Below are positions 11,401 to 20,077 of a stretch of 64,000 bases of DNA, one piece after another. Made by a program: the position numbers and the translations under genes. Source of the stretch: Planctomycetota bacterium (lineage in GTDB: Bacteria; Planctomycetota; UBA8108; SXIK01); NCBI GenBank assembly GCA_965223265.1, contig OZ244999.1, forward strand, positions 6,592,001 through 6,656,000, written 5' to 3'. The notes below the pieces were generated by a model. It did not search any database. It was not told the DNA's origin and saw nothing but the letters and a program-made list of their open reading frames with translations. Position 1 is the stretch's first letter. The number at the start of each line of letters is the position of its first letter.

Positions 11401-12759
11401 TCGTGAGTACTTGCGACACAAGTCCGAGTCGAGACCGAAGCGATAGACGATCTCATTCAGCAACTGGACGAAAGGCTGGTAAGCCTTCTTCGATCCCTCG
11501 TAACAGTTTCCGCAGTAAACACAGAGATCGTTGAGTCGGAGGAAGTGCTGAAACTCTTCGAGCAGTCGCGACTTCCCTGATCCCATTTCGCCGCTGACGA
11601 CGACGACCGCAGGCACCTCCGATGGCGTTCCTCCGCTCTCGGGTTCCTCTTTGGCAGCTTGGTCAACAGGAGCCTCGGCCTCCAGAGACGGGTCGATGCC
11701 GACGAGCTCTGTACTGCCCTCGCTGTCCTGCCGCCCCGGCGCGTAGAACGTCTTCTCGTGTAGTTCCTTGAGAAGATTCATCTCCCGCTTTCGGCCGACA
11801 AGCTTCGCCGAGTAAAAGTAACTGGCTCTCGTCTCTTCCGTCTCGATCTCGAACTTGTATCCCGAACTCCGATTGATGAACTGAATGACGTCTTTGGCAG
11901 ATTGGTACCGCTGCTCGACACGCTCCTCCAAGAGTCGCATGATCAGCGTGCGCAGATACTCAGGATGATTCTTCATGTACATCTCGAAGAGATCGGCACG
12001 CGTGGCGCCCGGCGCAGGCGAGGCGTCCGGGAACCCAGAGAACTCTTGGTAGAACGGCAGGCTGCGGTTGACGACCTGATAGATCGTGACGCCGAGTGAA
12101 TAGAGATCGGCGCGTTTGTCTGGAGTCTGCCCGTTGAGGATCTCGGGAGCCAAGTAGTTCAGCGTCCCCTTGATCGCGAAGCTAAAAGAACCGGTGATTT
12201 TTTCAGCTAGGCCGAAGTCGATCAGTTTGACCTTGGGCTTCGACAAAAGTGCGTCGTCGTCGCCAGTGAAATCCGCGTTTTCAAACTCGACCTTAGAACC
12301 TTCCTGAATGCCGATCGTCTTGTGACGCGTGACGAGGATATTGTCGGGTTTGATGTCGAAGTGCACATAGCCCTGCGCGTGGATGTATTCCAAGGCTCGA
12401 CAGATCTGCACTATGATATCGACGAGTTCTTCGTAGTTGAGGTATTCGGTCGCTGAGAAAAGATCCGTCCCTTTGATGAACTCCGAGACGATGAAATAGT
12501 CGTGCGTCCCCGCGATGCGCCCGAAGTTGAACACCTTCGCCAAGTTCGGATGACGCAAGCGCGTGAGAGCCTCGTACTCCCCTTTCGCCCACACGTCCTG
12601 GTCGTCGAGGTTGTCAGAAACCAGTACCTTGAGCGCGACACGCACGTTGTTGGCGACGGAGTCTTCACAGAGGTAGACACTCCCCATCGCGCCAGCACCG
12701 AGCTTGCGGATGACTCGATATCGATTATTGACCGTGTCGTTGGACTGGAATTCTTGCAT
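8458..12759 (-). CDS. Ser/Thr kinase with P-loop ATPase, TPR repeats and a C-terminal GAF-like domain
   Basis: LGAGAMG, VALK, HFDIKPDN, DFG, YLAPE; Walker A GEMGSGKS; GGNPLF; TPR-like helical repeats. Confidence 0.92.
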   Translation of the reverse strand: MQEFQSNDTVNNRYRVIRKLGAGAMGSVYLCEDSVANNVRVALKVLVSDNLDDQDVWAKGEYEALTRLRHPNLAKVFNFGRIAGTHDYFIVSEFIKGTDLFSATEYLNYEELVDIIVQICRALEYIHAQGYVHFDIKPDNILVTRHKTIGIQEGSKVEFENADFTGDDDALLSKPKVKLIDFGLAEKITGSFSFAIKGTLNYLAPEILNGQTPDKRADLYSLGVTIYQVVNRSLPFYQEFSGFPDASPAPGATRADLFEMYMKNHPEYLRTLIMRLLEERVEQRYQSAKDVIQFINRSSGYKFEIETEETRASYFYSAKLVGRKREMNLLKELHEKTFYAPGRQDSEGSTELVGIDPSLEAEAPVDQAAKEEPESGGTPSEVPAVVVVSGEMGSGKSRLLEEFQHFLRLNDLCVYCGNCYEGSKKAYQPFVQLLNEIVYRFGLDSDLCRKYSREITKLLPELPKRNADDEGGARLDKERLYFIERVSQLLIEAAESSPYVMIINNLHWVDDASLDLLEHFAERLAELRSSRSVKMLLVVSMRPEEPAPESLAGLLEKWRLAGQSTDLIVRSLKEAQIYEFLCAMLSFTDVPQRFVAKLAEKTGGNPLFIVETLKTLQDEGILRHSADGWSIKAANYDCIDIPQNMEDMLTGRFDKLDVRKREVLELLSVLDKPTAPRFLQRFERFANVPLLVELRELEQSGLISKSFEGGKIRFQIEQTKMREILYDRMEEETKRRYHGDVAAVYEEVYRGREEEILEELAFHFQRSDQTSRAIETAMMAGDRLKAIYANEDACEYYLYVMEQVDGDADRFELWVEVHEKLGELCTIMGRYEMAERSYSVVLGDEGLESLDPKRVVKLYISRGRVYEIQGDYDSALTCYKDARNYLANFGKNDLVIERIWMFNSIGWVYVNMGKYDKAMAISLEALRVIEHVPERLEHAMVFNTIGSANFYKGNIGEAIKYHRRSLEIKENLENIPETIVSLNHLAAAFLVGCEYGEALEHLGRALATSEEIGDPYGRALTLHNFSRLYFKVGQPDKGWESLDESMKLSKEYSMRYLNIQNYVVRGAALREQGEFSKAEGNFFRALTAFTKQGNRCGLCEVLLQIAALQRLRGNHAEGAGMVTEGKCYAEEMDSRHLRVQCLMEEARLKREAGEEGANEALQLLEKSLSLCDSQVAPELAGEANFEMAETLVRLRLLREATQYYKAAEKRFREVFDILPEEFRNDYAAQQKKRFRDWRQSVVIPKAEKSSSPAKSPAESDTNEPAVLSAEDSLRRVNDLMVFMQSDISVQVFLDRFLDELLEVFRGDAALWLTVNGQNLSLEAARSSAGALEVEPEGILCLDVIEGVLAKGESLIVADMADDQATAGHLRAANISLTSLVVLSVQITATHRGVLYMTDAKLPGQGTGSLWLLQPFLNLVPFAYQQLEFDIGVA

Positions 12760-12843
12760 CTTCTACCCGATTTAGCCCCCATCAGAAGCTATCCCAGTAC
12801 GTCCAAGCCGGCAAACCTCGCACGCCCGTAACAGCGATCGCCT

Positions 12844-12897
12844 CCGAGAAGGCACCGAGAAGGCACCGAAATGGCACCGAAAAGCACCGAGAAGGCG
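12844..12897. repeat. imperfect 11-bp tandem repeat, 5 copies (CCGAGAAGGCA)
   Basis: ccgagaaggca ccgagaaggca ccgaaatggca ccgaaaagca ccgagaaggcg. Confidence 0.85.
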
Positions 12898-13267
12898 CTG
12901 CGAAGTCACCGCGTCGAGATGAACTCGGAACTTGAAACGCTTACCGGACGTTCACGTCGGCACGCGAGAAGTGCTCGCTGAAGTTTCAGAACTCTACAGA
13001 TGCATATGCTCTCCCCGCCCACGCCGGCACACGCATGGGCCCACACGAGGCGCACGCTCAATGGGCACTGCGAAGCCGTCGCATGAAGCGCTTTTTTTTG
13101 CAGCAATGGGGTCAGCGTGCGGGCACTGCGCTTTCGACGCGAACCGATCGACGCCAGCGCATCAACGCGGCAGACGCCTCGACCGCGCCGCCCGCGACAC
13201 CGACTGCATAGACGACGGAATGAGGCGCCTGGTTGCGCATGTCGCGCTCTGCGCTCGTGGAACGAAG

Positions 13268-15472
13268 CTATTTGTCTGCTGGTGACGATGCTGAGAGGAT
13301 CGATCGGCGCTTGGCTGCCCACATCGGCTCGAGGGTGCCTTCGATTTCGAGCCACCGCAGAGACCCGCGACCGATGCTGATCGTGAGACGTCCGGCGTGC
13401 GGCACCTCCGCTCCCCAGACGAGTTCGTCGTCGCGCGTCGTCACTGCGATGCGCTCCGGCCACCACACGAGCCGAAAGAAACCGTCCACTGCGACGACGA
13501 CGTCACTCTCGTTGACACCGGCGTCCTCCCCATCCGGCAGATCCTCCGGTGCACTCGACACCATCACGAAGTGGTCGCCAAAGCCAACGGCAGCGCGACT
13601 CTCTGGGCCGAGCTGACAGCGCACTGTAGCCGGTGACGTCAACCAATAGATCGTGTCCAAAGACGTCTCCTTCGCAGCGGCTCCGGCCGTCACCCCGTCG
13701 GCAGTTAGGCGGACCGATCGGCGCGCACCACGAAAATCGGACAGGTCCGCATCCACACTCGTGAAGTCGTATCGAAGCCATACGAGGATGGACGCCGGTG
13801 TGGACGAGTTGCCCACAAGGTGAACGCGCGCAGCGTTGAAACTCTTGGCCAGTTCGGCAAGCTCCCTCGGCTGGGTCAGTCCGATTTGCAGAAAGGAATT
13901 CTGCCACTGCTGGACGACCGTCACGGCCTCGCGCGCCCGCTCCGCCGCCCCGACAGCCAACCGCCGCATAGCTCGCACCAAGGACCTCCCCGTGTCGATG
14001 GCGTTGGTTGACGCTCGGACTTCGGCCAGCTCCGCCGCCACTGCCGTCGGGGTGTCGGAAGCTTGCAAACCGGTGACGGACTGCGGCGACGCGGCGGATG
14101 GTGTCGTTGAGCGTGGATCGAGCCGCGGAGTCGCCTGCAGCGGCGCTGGGCTTGAATCACCAGGTGAAACGCTCGGCGGTGCATTGCCTCGCGAACGTCC
14201 GGCCGCTGGCGCCTCAGCCCCGCTGACGCCGCGACGGTCGCGAAGCACCTCAGCGCGTCGGGCTGAAGTGGCTGGCGCTGGCGACGCCGCGCGACCTTGA
14301 GTCCCTTGGTGCGCGTGGCGGCGCACGTTCCCAGTGGAGTATGACCACCCGCCCCAGGTAGCTACCGCCCCCAATGCGACGACCACACACGCTGCGGCGC
14401 ACCAACGCCTCCGACGCGCAGCCCTTGCCACGCCAGATGGCGCGCATCCCAGAGAATCCCCAAGACTCCGGACTCGTTCCTGCAGCTCGGCCGCGCTTTG
14501 CGGCCGCTGCGAAGGGTCTTTCTCCAGACATGCTGCGATCGCTGCTTCGACCGCTGCGGGCACACCCGGAGCGAACTCTCGCACGCCCGGGGGTCTTTGC
14601 GCCCGGTGTGCCTCGATTACGGCCCGCGTCGTCTCACCAACAAGAGGCGGGCGACCGGCGAGCAAGTGAAACCATGTCGCACCCAGGGAGTAGAGATCGC
14701 TCCGCGCGTCCACACGCCCGCCCCGCATCGTCTGCTCGGGAGCAAGGTAGTGTGGCGTGCCACAAAACTCGCTCGTGCTGCCAAGCGCTTCGTCACCCAT
14801 GCGGGTCGAGTAGGCCAAACCAAAGTCGATAAGCTTCACCACGTCTCGATTGTCGACGAGAATGTTCGCTGGCTTCACGTCTCGGTGCACGAGTGAATGC
14901 TTCTCAAGCTGACGCAGCGCGGCACAGACCGTGTCGATGATTGAAACGGACTCATGGACGCTGAAACATCCCTGACGCGCCAGACGCTGCTGCAAGCTCT
15001 CACCGTCGATGTACTCCATCGCGAGGTAGTAGTGCCCGTCTGCCGAGCCTGCATCAAACGCGTGCACAAGATGTGGATGGTCGAGTCGAGCGAGAAGGCG
15101 AGCCGCGTTCATGAAACTGCTCACCACGGTCTCGTCGTGCGCATGGCGCGCCTGGAGCACTTTGAGGGCAACACGTCGATTGAGACGAGTATCCCGAGCC
15201 TCAAAGACGTTGCTCGAGCCCCCGTAGCCGATACGCCGAACCACTTCGTAGGCAGCAATCCGCCGCGGTCCAGTGCGCCTCAGCCGGCGCCGCAAGTCGC
15301 CGAGTTGCGCGTCGGTCAACAACTCTTGACCCGCGAGGATGTCGAGGATGTCCTTGTCGAGCCCCATCGCTTGCGAACGATCGGCGAGTGTTAACGCGCG
15401 ACGCGCGTCGGGTTCGGAGAGCCAGCCGAGCCTAAAAGCCAAACGAGTTGTTTCAAGATCCGCAGGTTTCAC
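13268..15472 (-). CDS. membrane-anchored Ser/Thr protein kinase
   Basis: IGYGGSS, VALK, HRDVKPAN, DFG, GTPHYLAPE; hydrophobic segment after the kinase domain; Pro/Ser-rich linker. Confidence 0.92.
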   Translation of the reverse strand: MKPADLETTRLAFRLGWLSEPDARRALTLADRSQAMGLDKDILDILAGQELLTDAQLGDLRRRLRRTGPRRIAAYEVVRRIGYGGSSNVFEARDTRLNRRVALKVLQARHAHDETVVSSFMNAARLLARLDHPHLVHAFDAGSADGHYYLAMEYIDGESLQQRLARQGCFSVHESVSIIDTVCAALRQLEKHSLVHRDVKPANILVDNRDVVKLIDFGLAYSTRMGDEALGSTSEFCGTPHYLAPEQTMRGGRVDARSDLYSLGATWFHLLAGRPPLVGETTRAVIEAHRAQRPPGVREFAPGVPAAVEAAIAACLEKDPSQRPQSAAELQERVRSLGDSLGCAPSGVARAARRRRWCAAACVVVALGAVATWGGWSYSTGNVRRHAHQGTQGRAASPAPATSARRAEVLRDRRGVSGAEAPAAGRSRGNAPPSVSPGDSSPAPLQATPRLDPRSTTPSAASPQSVTGLQASDTPTAVAAELAEVRASTNAIDTGRSLVRAMRRLAVGAAERAREAVTVVQQWQNSFLQIGLTQPRELAELAKSFNAARVHLVGNSSTPASILVWLRYDFTSVDADLSDFRGARRSVRLTADGVTAGAAAKETSLDTIYWLTSPATVRCQLGPESRAAVGFGDHFVMVSSAPEDLPDGEDAGVNESDVVVAVDGFFRLVWWPERIAVTTRDDELVWGAEVPHAGRLTISIGRGSLRWLEIEGTLEPMWAAKRRSILSASSPADK

Positions 15473-15544
15473 AATAGGCGTGGCTGCTCGCCGACTGAGC
15501 TAGGCCCTTCCGTTCCGGCCGCTCAGCCAGTTCGACGGAGCCTG

Positions 15545-16030
15545 CTAGAGTTCGTCTTCCACGCGCTGCAGCTCACGAAGTGCTTCGTCAGCTTGGCGCA
15601 TGATCGACTCCGCTCGCCTGTGAAGCGGCGCGAACGTCGCGTCACCGTCGGCACTCTCTTGCAGGAGGCTCGTCGCTTCGCGGCAGCGTTCCTTGACCTT
15701 TTCAGTCGCCAAAAAGGCCCAATCGAGGAGTCGTTTCTTCAATCTGAAGTCATCAACGCTTCGCGTCAACGAGAGAAATCCTCCTCGCACGTTACGATCA
15801 AGAATCCTCTGGGCGTCGTCTAGGTAGAGTGTGATCTCCTCTTGGTCGATGAGCCGCTCCGGTAACTGGTCGCTTCCGTCGGCTTGACGTTCACTGGCGT
15901 AGAGCGACGCCAGCATCCAGCCGCAAACGGGCAAAACGGCGAGCAGCGTGGCGCCGAGCACAATGTCCGCGCTTTGGGCCGCCCCAAGTTGGCGTCGGCG
16001 CCGCTGAGCGAAAAGCTGCAGATTGATCAC
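15545..16030 (-). CDS. hypothetical membrane-anchored protein
   Basis: single hydrophobic segment IVLGATLLAVLPVCGWML; co-oriented with the kinase. Confidence 0.6.
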   Translation of the reverse strand: MINLQLFAQRRRRQLGAAQSADIVLGATLLAVLPVCGWMLASLYASERQADGSDQLPERLIDQEEITLYLDDAQRILDRNVRGGFLSLTRSVDDFRLKKRLLDWAFLATEKVKERCREATSLLQESADGDATFAPLHRRAESIMRQADEALRELQRVEDEL

Positions 16031-16109
16031 AATGTTCCTCGTCTCTGGAAATGACTAGGTCCCGGTGAGATCGGACACCCGGGACGCGCAGAAAGCCGAC
16101 GCATCACGT

Positions 16110-16544
16110 TCAGAATCCGGAAACTCGAATGAGGTCGATACGGACGCTCTCCACTTCCTCCGCAACCCGGTCGTAACCTCTGAGCGATTCGGGAAGCTCA
16201 CCGCCCTCAATACGGTGCGGGTCGAACACGAGATTCCACTCTTTCCGCCACTGCTCGACGTCGCTCCGGAGCCTTTCTGCGTGCGCCTTTGCGTCCGGGT
16301 GTTCGCTCTTGAGCTCGGTGGCGACGGTCCGAAGGCGCTTGCGAAGGTCCCCCACTTGGGCCTCGAGGCGCTGGATCTCGGAATTCGGGTCCACGGAAGC
16401 CTTGACGGTCTCGTTGTCGCTCTGGCGCCACACGACGACGGCCACGGCAAGGAGAACGAGCGGCACGACGATCAGAACAATCTTGGGTCCCGGTGAGGAG
16501 GCCCCGCGAGGGGCGCGCGCCTTCCGACGTCCGCTGGTCGCCAT
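16110..16544 (-). CDS. hypothetical membrane-anchored coiled-coil protein
   Basis: ATG at 16544; TM segment IVLIVVPLVLLAVAVVVW followed by a helical region. Confidence 0.65.
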   Translation of the reverse strand: MATSGRRKARAPRGASSPGPKIVLIVVPLVLLAVAVVVWRQSDNETVKASVDPNSEIQRLEAQVGDLRKRLRTVATELKSEHPDAKAHAERLRSDVEQWRKEWNLVFDPHRIEGGELPESLRGYDRVAEEVESVRIDLIRVSGF

Positions 16545-17137
16545 TCTGCGAATCACCTTTCAAAAGTGTTGCGGCTGCCCGGCTGTCACGAAGGCACGAA
16601 CACTCGCGCCACGGATTCCCGGGAATCTCACTGTCGCGCACGACCCTCGTTGGGGGCGGACTGCGCCGCCGGCGCAGCGATCCGTGGAATATTTTAGCAC
16701 CGGGAAAAGGCACCAGGCGCACCAAAATCAGACACTGGAGGTACCGAATCGACTCTGTGTCCCACCGCGTCAATGGGCTGGACAAGGGTTTTCGACGGTT
16801 CGTCACGACCGGCGCGCGGGTTGCTATGAGTCGACGTGAACGAATTCCCGCCGAGTGCGGCTCCACCACCACCAGCGCACCAACGCCCGCCGTTCGGACT
16901 GTGCAGCGGTCCTCCGAGCGAGAACTACCGCCTGCCAGCACTCCCCAACAGCTCCCCTAACGTTTCCTACACAGGCGCACTAACGCATCACTACCTGCGC
17001 CAACGAGAAACCCACCATAAACCTTTTGATTTCTATGGCTTATGCTCACAGAGCACGATCGAGGGTGACGCCACGGATTTCACCCCGCTCAAAGTTGTAA
17101 AGTCATTTGACAGTTTGAGTTTCGACAAAAAAAGCGA

Positions 17138-17166
17138 TTGCAAAGCGGTTCGGGCAGGAATAGAAC
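17138..17166 (+). promoter_or_regulatory. possible sigma70 promoter for the PEP-CTERM gene
   Basis: TTGCAA-N17-TAGAAC in an AT-rich intergenic tract. Confidence 0.35.
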
Positions 17167-17263
17167 AGTTCTTACACTTTTGATTCAGAAACGAGGCCCC
17201 GCGACCAAACTCGTGGGGAGTCAAACGAGGCGCCGAGACCCTATTTTGGGCAGGAGGTTTTTT

Positions 17264-17890
17264 ATGATTCGAACCTTTTCAATTGTTGCCTGTGTTGCAC
17301 TGCTCTGCAGTTCGGTGCAGGCGGAAACCGTGACGTTCGACCTGAACTGCGTGCTCAACAACGACGCCGGGTTCGACCCGATCCCTGCGTCGTTCGGAAC
17401 CGTCACATTGACCGACAACGGTGACAGCGTCGACATCCTGGTGACCCTGTCGACCGGCACGAAGATTCAGTCGATCTACCTCAATGCGGATCAAAGTCTG
17501 CTCGACGCCGGCGCGGACTTCTCGACCGGCTCAAACGACATCACCGAGGACCCGGACTCCATTCCGAACGGGAACAGCCTCGGCGGACTGAAGTTTGACT
17601 TGGCAGACCCGGACAACGGCAACCTCGGGACCTCCCCGTACTCGGAGACGATCTCAGCGGTTGACTCGAATGGCGATGCCATCGACCTCGACGTCGAAGA
17701 TTTCCTCTTCACTTCGGGTGATGGAGTCTACATGGCGATCCATATCGGCGGGCTTCCCGGCGATGGTGAATCGATCTGGGTCGGCGCCAAGCTGCGCCCA
17801 CCGGTGCCTGAGCCAGCCTCCCTCATTCTCATGGGAACGGGCTTGCTCGGAATCGCTGGTCTGCGACGTCGGAAAACTCACTCTGCGTGA
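17264..17890 (+). CDS. PEP-CTERM sorting domain protein
   Basis: AGGAGG RBS; signal peptide MIRTFSIVACVALLCSSVQA; C-terminal VPEPASLILMGTGLLGIAGLRRRK. Confidence 0.93.
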   Translation: MIRTFSIVACVALLCSSVQAETVTFDLNCVLNNDAGFDPIPASFGTVTLTDNGDSVDILVTLSTGTKIQSIYLNADQSLLDAGADFSTGSNDITEDPDSIPNGNSLGGLKFDLADPDNGNLGTSPYSETISAVDSNGDAIDLDVEDFLFTSGDGVYMAIHIGGLPGDGESIWVGAKLRPPVPEPASLILMGTGLLGIAGLRRRKTHSA

Positions 17891-17908
17891 TTTTCCGCTC
17901 GACGAGCG

Positions 17909-17954
17909 AAAACGGGAGACGGATTTTAGATCTGTCTCCCGTTTTTTTTTTTTG
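17909..17954 (+). terminator. intrinsic terminator between convergent genes, probably bidirectional
   Basis: AAAACGGGAGACGGA/TCTGTCTCCCGTTTT stem followed by a long T run. Confidence 0.9.
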
Positions 17955-17976
17955 CGCTTGCTGGCTTTGAGCGCGC

Positions 17977-19041
17977 TCACGCGTGCGCCGGCGTCACGCG
18001 GAGGACCTGCGCGTCCACCGCCGTCCCGGATCGCTGGAGCTGGTAGTCGCCGAGAGCTGCTGGCAGCAACGCCACGTCGCCTTGCCGCAGTGACATCGCC
18101 CCGCTGCTCGGCGCCACAATCTCTGCGCCACCCCCGTAGCCGATGAGGATATGACAGGTCGATGTGGCATCCCGCGGCGTCGTCGTCAGCGGCACCTCTG
18201 CCGCGTCAGCGGCGAGATCGACAAGCTCGATCGAGAAGTACTGGCATTCCAGCAGCGGGCGGACAGCCCCGCCGGGCTCGCCGGCCGCAACGGCGGGGAT
18301 TCGGCTCCACGGGCATTCGACGACCTCGAAGCTCGACACCGACTCCGCCTGCTCGAGGTGCAGCGCACGCGGCGCCCCGTCGAGACCGACGCGGCCCCAA
18401 TCGTAGATGCGATAGGTCGTGTCACAGGTCTGCTGCACTTCTAGCAGAGTGATCCCGCGTCCCAAGGCGTGGATCGTCCCTGCGGGCACGAATACCACAT
18501 CGCCTCGAGCCACGTCGATCCAGCGAAAAAGCTGCTGCTCTTCCGCGCTTGTCAGTCGTTGGCCGCGCCGCTTGAGCGTCTCGAAGAGCTCGCCCTGGGC
18601 GGCGACTCCGTGAACGATCTGGCTGCCGGGCTCGGCGTCGAGAATGATCCAGGCCTCGGTCTTGCCCGCCGCGACGAGGCCTTGCCTGGCGAGATCGTCG
18701 TCGGAGGGGTGCACCTGCACCGAGAGGTTCTGACGAGCGTCGAGGAGCTTGACGAGGAGTGGAAAGGCACCATCCGGTGCCCGCGCCGCGGCGCCCAGGA
18801 GCTTTGTCGGAAAACGCTCGAGAAGATCCCTGAGCCTTGTGCCTTCGTAGGCACCGGACGCGACGCGGCTTAGTTGCTCGTCGACGTCTGAGAGTTCCCA
18901 CGACTCGCCGATCGGTGCGCCGGACTCGGCGACGTTGCGGCCGTAGCGCCGCAGCCCATCGCCGCCCCAGACGCGCTCCTGAAGCTGCGGGACGAAGGTG
19001 ATCGGGTACGGTGTGAAATCCGCTGTCACTCTACTTTGCAC
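17977..19041 (-). CDS. manA: mannose-6-phosphate isomerase, type I (cupin)
   Basis: RVWGG, IGESWE, FPLLVKLLDA, LSVQVHP, KTEAW, PAGTIHA, EVQQTCDTTYRIYDWGR. Confidence 0.93.
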   Translation of the reverse strand: MQSRVTADFTPYPITFVPQLQERVWGGDGLRRYGRNVAESGAPIGESWELSDVDEQLSRVASGAYEGTRLRDLLERFPTKLLGAAARAPDGAFPLLVKLLDARQNLSVQVHPSDDDLARQGLVAAGKTEAWIILDAEPGSQIVHGVAAQGELFETLKRRGQRLTSAEEQQLFRWIDVARGDVVFVPAGTIHALGRGITLLEVQQTCDTTYRIYDWGRVGLDGAPRALHLEQAESVSSFEVVECPWSRIPAVAAGEPGGAVRPLLECQYFSIELVDLAADAAEVPLTTTPRDATSTCHILIGYGGGAEIVAPSSGAMSLRQGDVALLPAALGDYQLQRSGTAVDAQVLRVTPAHA

Positions 19042-19090
19042 TCCTAGCTCCGGCCGGCGCTGGAGTGAGTGGCTCTACCGCGATCGGCTG

Positions 19091-19363
19091 CTACAGCTCT
19101 TCCATCAGGCGCTCAACCGCCTTCTCGATCTTCTCCAGGCTCTCGTAGCGTCCCGTCGAGATGATCTGACGCAGCTCCTCGACTTTTTCCATGCGGATGT
19201 CAGGAACCTCCGCGAGACGGCTCAAGAGCTGCGCGGTTTCGGAAATCTCGGCGCGGTCACCGACCGCCGCGCTCAGCTCCGTCTTCTCTGCTCGTGCGGC
19301 CGAAATCTTCTGCGGCTCGATCCGATTGGGACCCGAGATTCCGCTCGGTCCTTGAATCTCCAT
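19091..19363 (-). CDS. flgM: anti-sigma-28 factor FlgM
   Basis: DRAEISETAQLL...PDIRMEKVEELRQIISTGRY; GGGAGG RBS before ATG at 19363. Confidence 0.85.
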   Translation of the reverse strand: MEIQGPSGISGPNRIEPQKISAARAEKTELSAAVGDRAEISETAQLLSRLAEVPDIRMEKVEELRQIISTGRYESLEKIEKAVERLMEEL

Positions 19364-19520
19364 AGTTTTCCCCTCCCTGGTGCTCTCGGTCCCTGGACGA
19401 CGCGCCCAGCGCGTTCCGGTCAAGAGGCCGACCTGCCGTCGCTCCGGGGGCTCAGTGCCCCAATACGCCGGCACACGAGAGCTCGGGAGAACGACAGGCT
19501 ACGAGATCTGTACTCTTTTC

Positions 19521-19548
19521 TTATCGGCGCCGGTGACAAGAAAGTTTA
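19521..19548 (-). promoter_or_regulatory. sigma-28 (FliA) promoter upstream of flgM
   Basis: minus strand reads TAAA-N16-GCCGATAA; the consensus is TAAA-N15-GCCGATAA. Confidence 0.75.
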
Positions 19549-19650
19549 GCGCTTCCTGAAAAAAAATCCTCTCCCGTTCACTTTTGTTACTCGGACCATG
19601 TTGTGCTCGCGCGGTCGACGCCCCGCAACAGGTAGAGCGCCCGTCGTAAG

Positions 19651-19979
19651 GGACCACAAGCTCACCGCTTAGTTAGCACCCCAGCGATTGGCGGGAACCG
19701 TCAACCAGACGCCCAGCCCGCCGACGTGGGAGGGAGGCAACTCCGCCCCAACCAGAAATGGAGGCGCTGGGAGCGTCAGGAGGCCAAGAAACGACTCAGG
19801 GCACGGTCTCGTCCCCATCGTCACGGCAACCGCTGGCAACGGCGCGTCCGGTGCTCCGCGGAAGGGCCGGAGAGAACTCCCACGTGCACCGAATCTCAGG
19901 GGTGCGGGAACGTCCAAGAACGCTCTGAAGTCCGGTGGGACTCGTCCAGACCGGCGCGGATTGGTCGAGCTTGAGGTTC
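19651..19979 (+). ncRNA. candidate large structured non-coding RNA (~330 nt), family not recognised
   Basis: the ends pair (19651-19667 with 19962-19979); nested helices with three GNRA tetraloops; G-U pairs work only on the + strand. Confidence 0.6.
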
Positions 19980-20037
19980 AGCGGCAAGCAGCCAAGCCCT
20001 CTCCGCCCGGGCGACCGACGTGCGCGGCATCCGGGCG

Positions 20038-20077
20038 AAGAAAGCTCAGTTCAACGCCGACTGGCTGGGCTTTCTTA
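20038..20077. terminator. hairpin/terminator between the RNA candidate and the convergent 20075-23332 gene
   Basis: AAGAAAGCTCAG...CTGGGCTTTCTT inverted repeat overlapping the stop codon of the minus-strand gene. Confidence 0.5.

Noticed and set aside
12844-12897. Short tandem repeats here and at 50471-50516 as CRISPR arrays
   Set aside because: The units are 11-12 bp with no spacers, and there are no cas genes in the window.
19865-19930. Glycine-riboswitch-like words (GGAGAG...CACCGAA...TCTCAGG)
   Set aside because: The GAAGGxGCAA/P3 segment is missing, there is no downstream + strand gene, and the bases fit a different hairpin.
19651-19979. RNase P RNA, tmRNA or SRP RNA as the identity of the structured region
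   Set aside because: No GAGGAAAGTCC core, no tRNA-like ends or tag frame, and no TCAGG..GGAAG..AGCAG motif on either strand.
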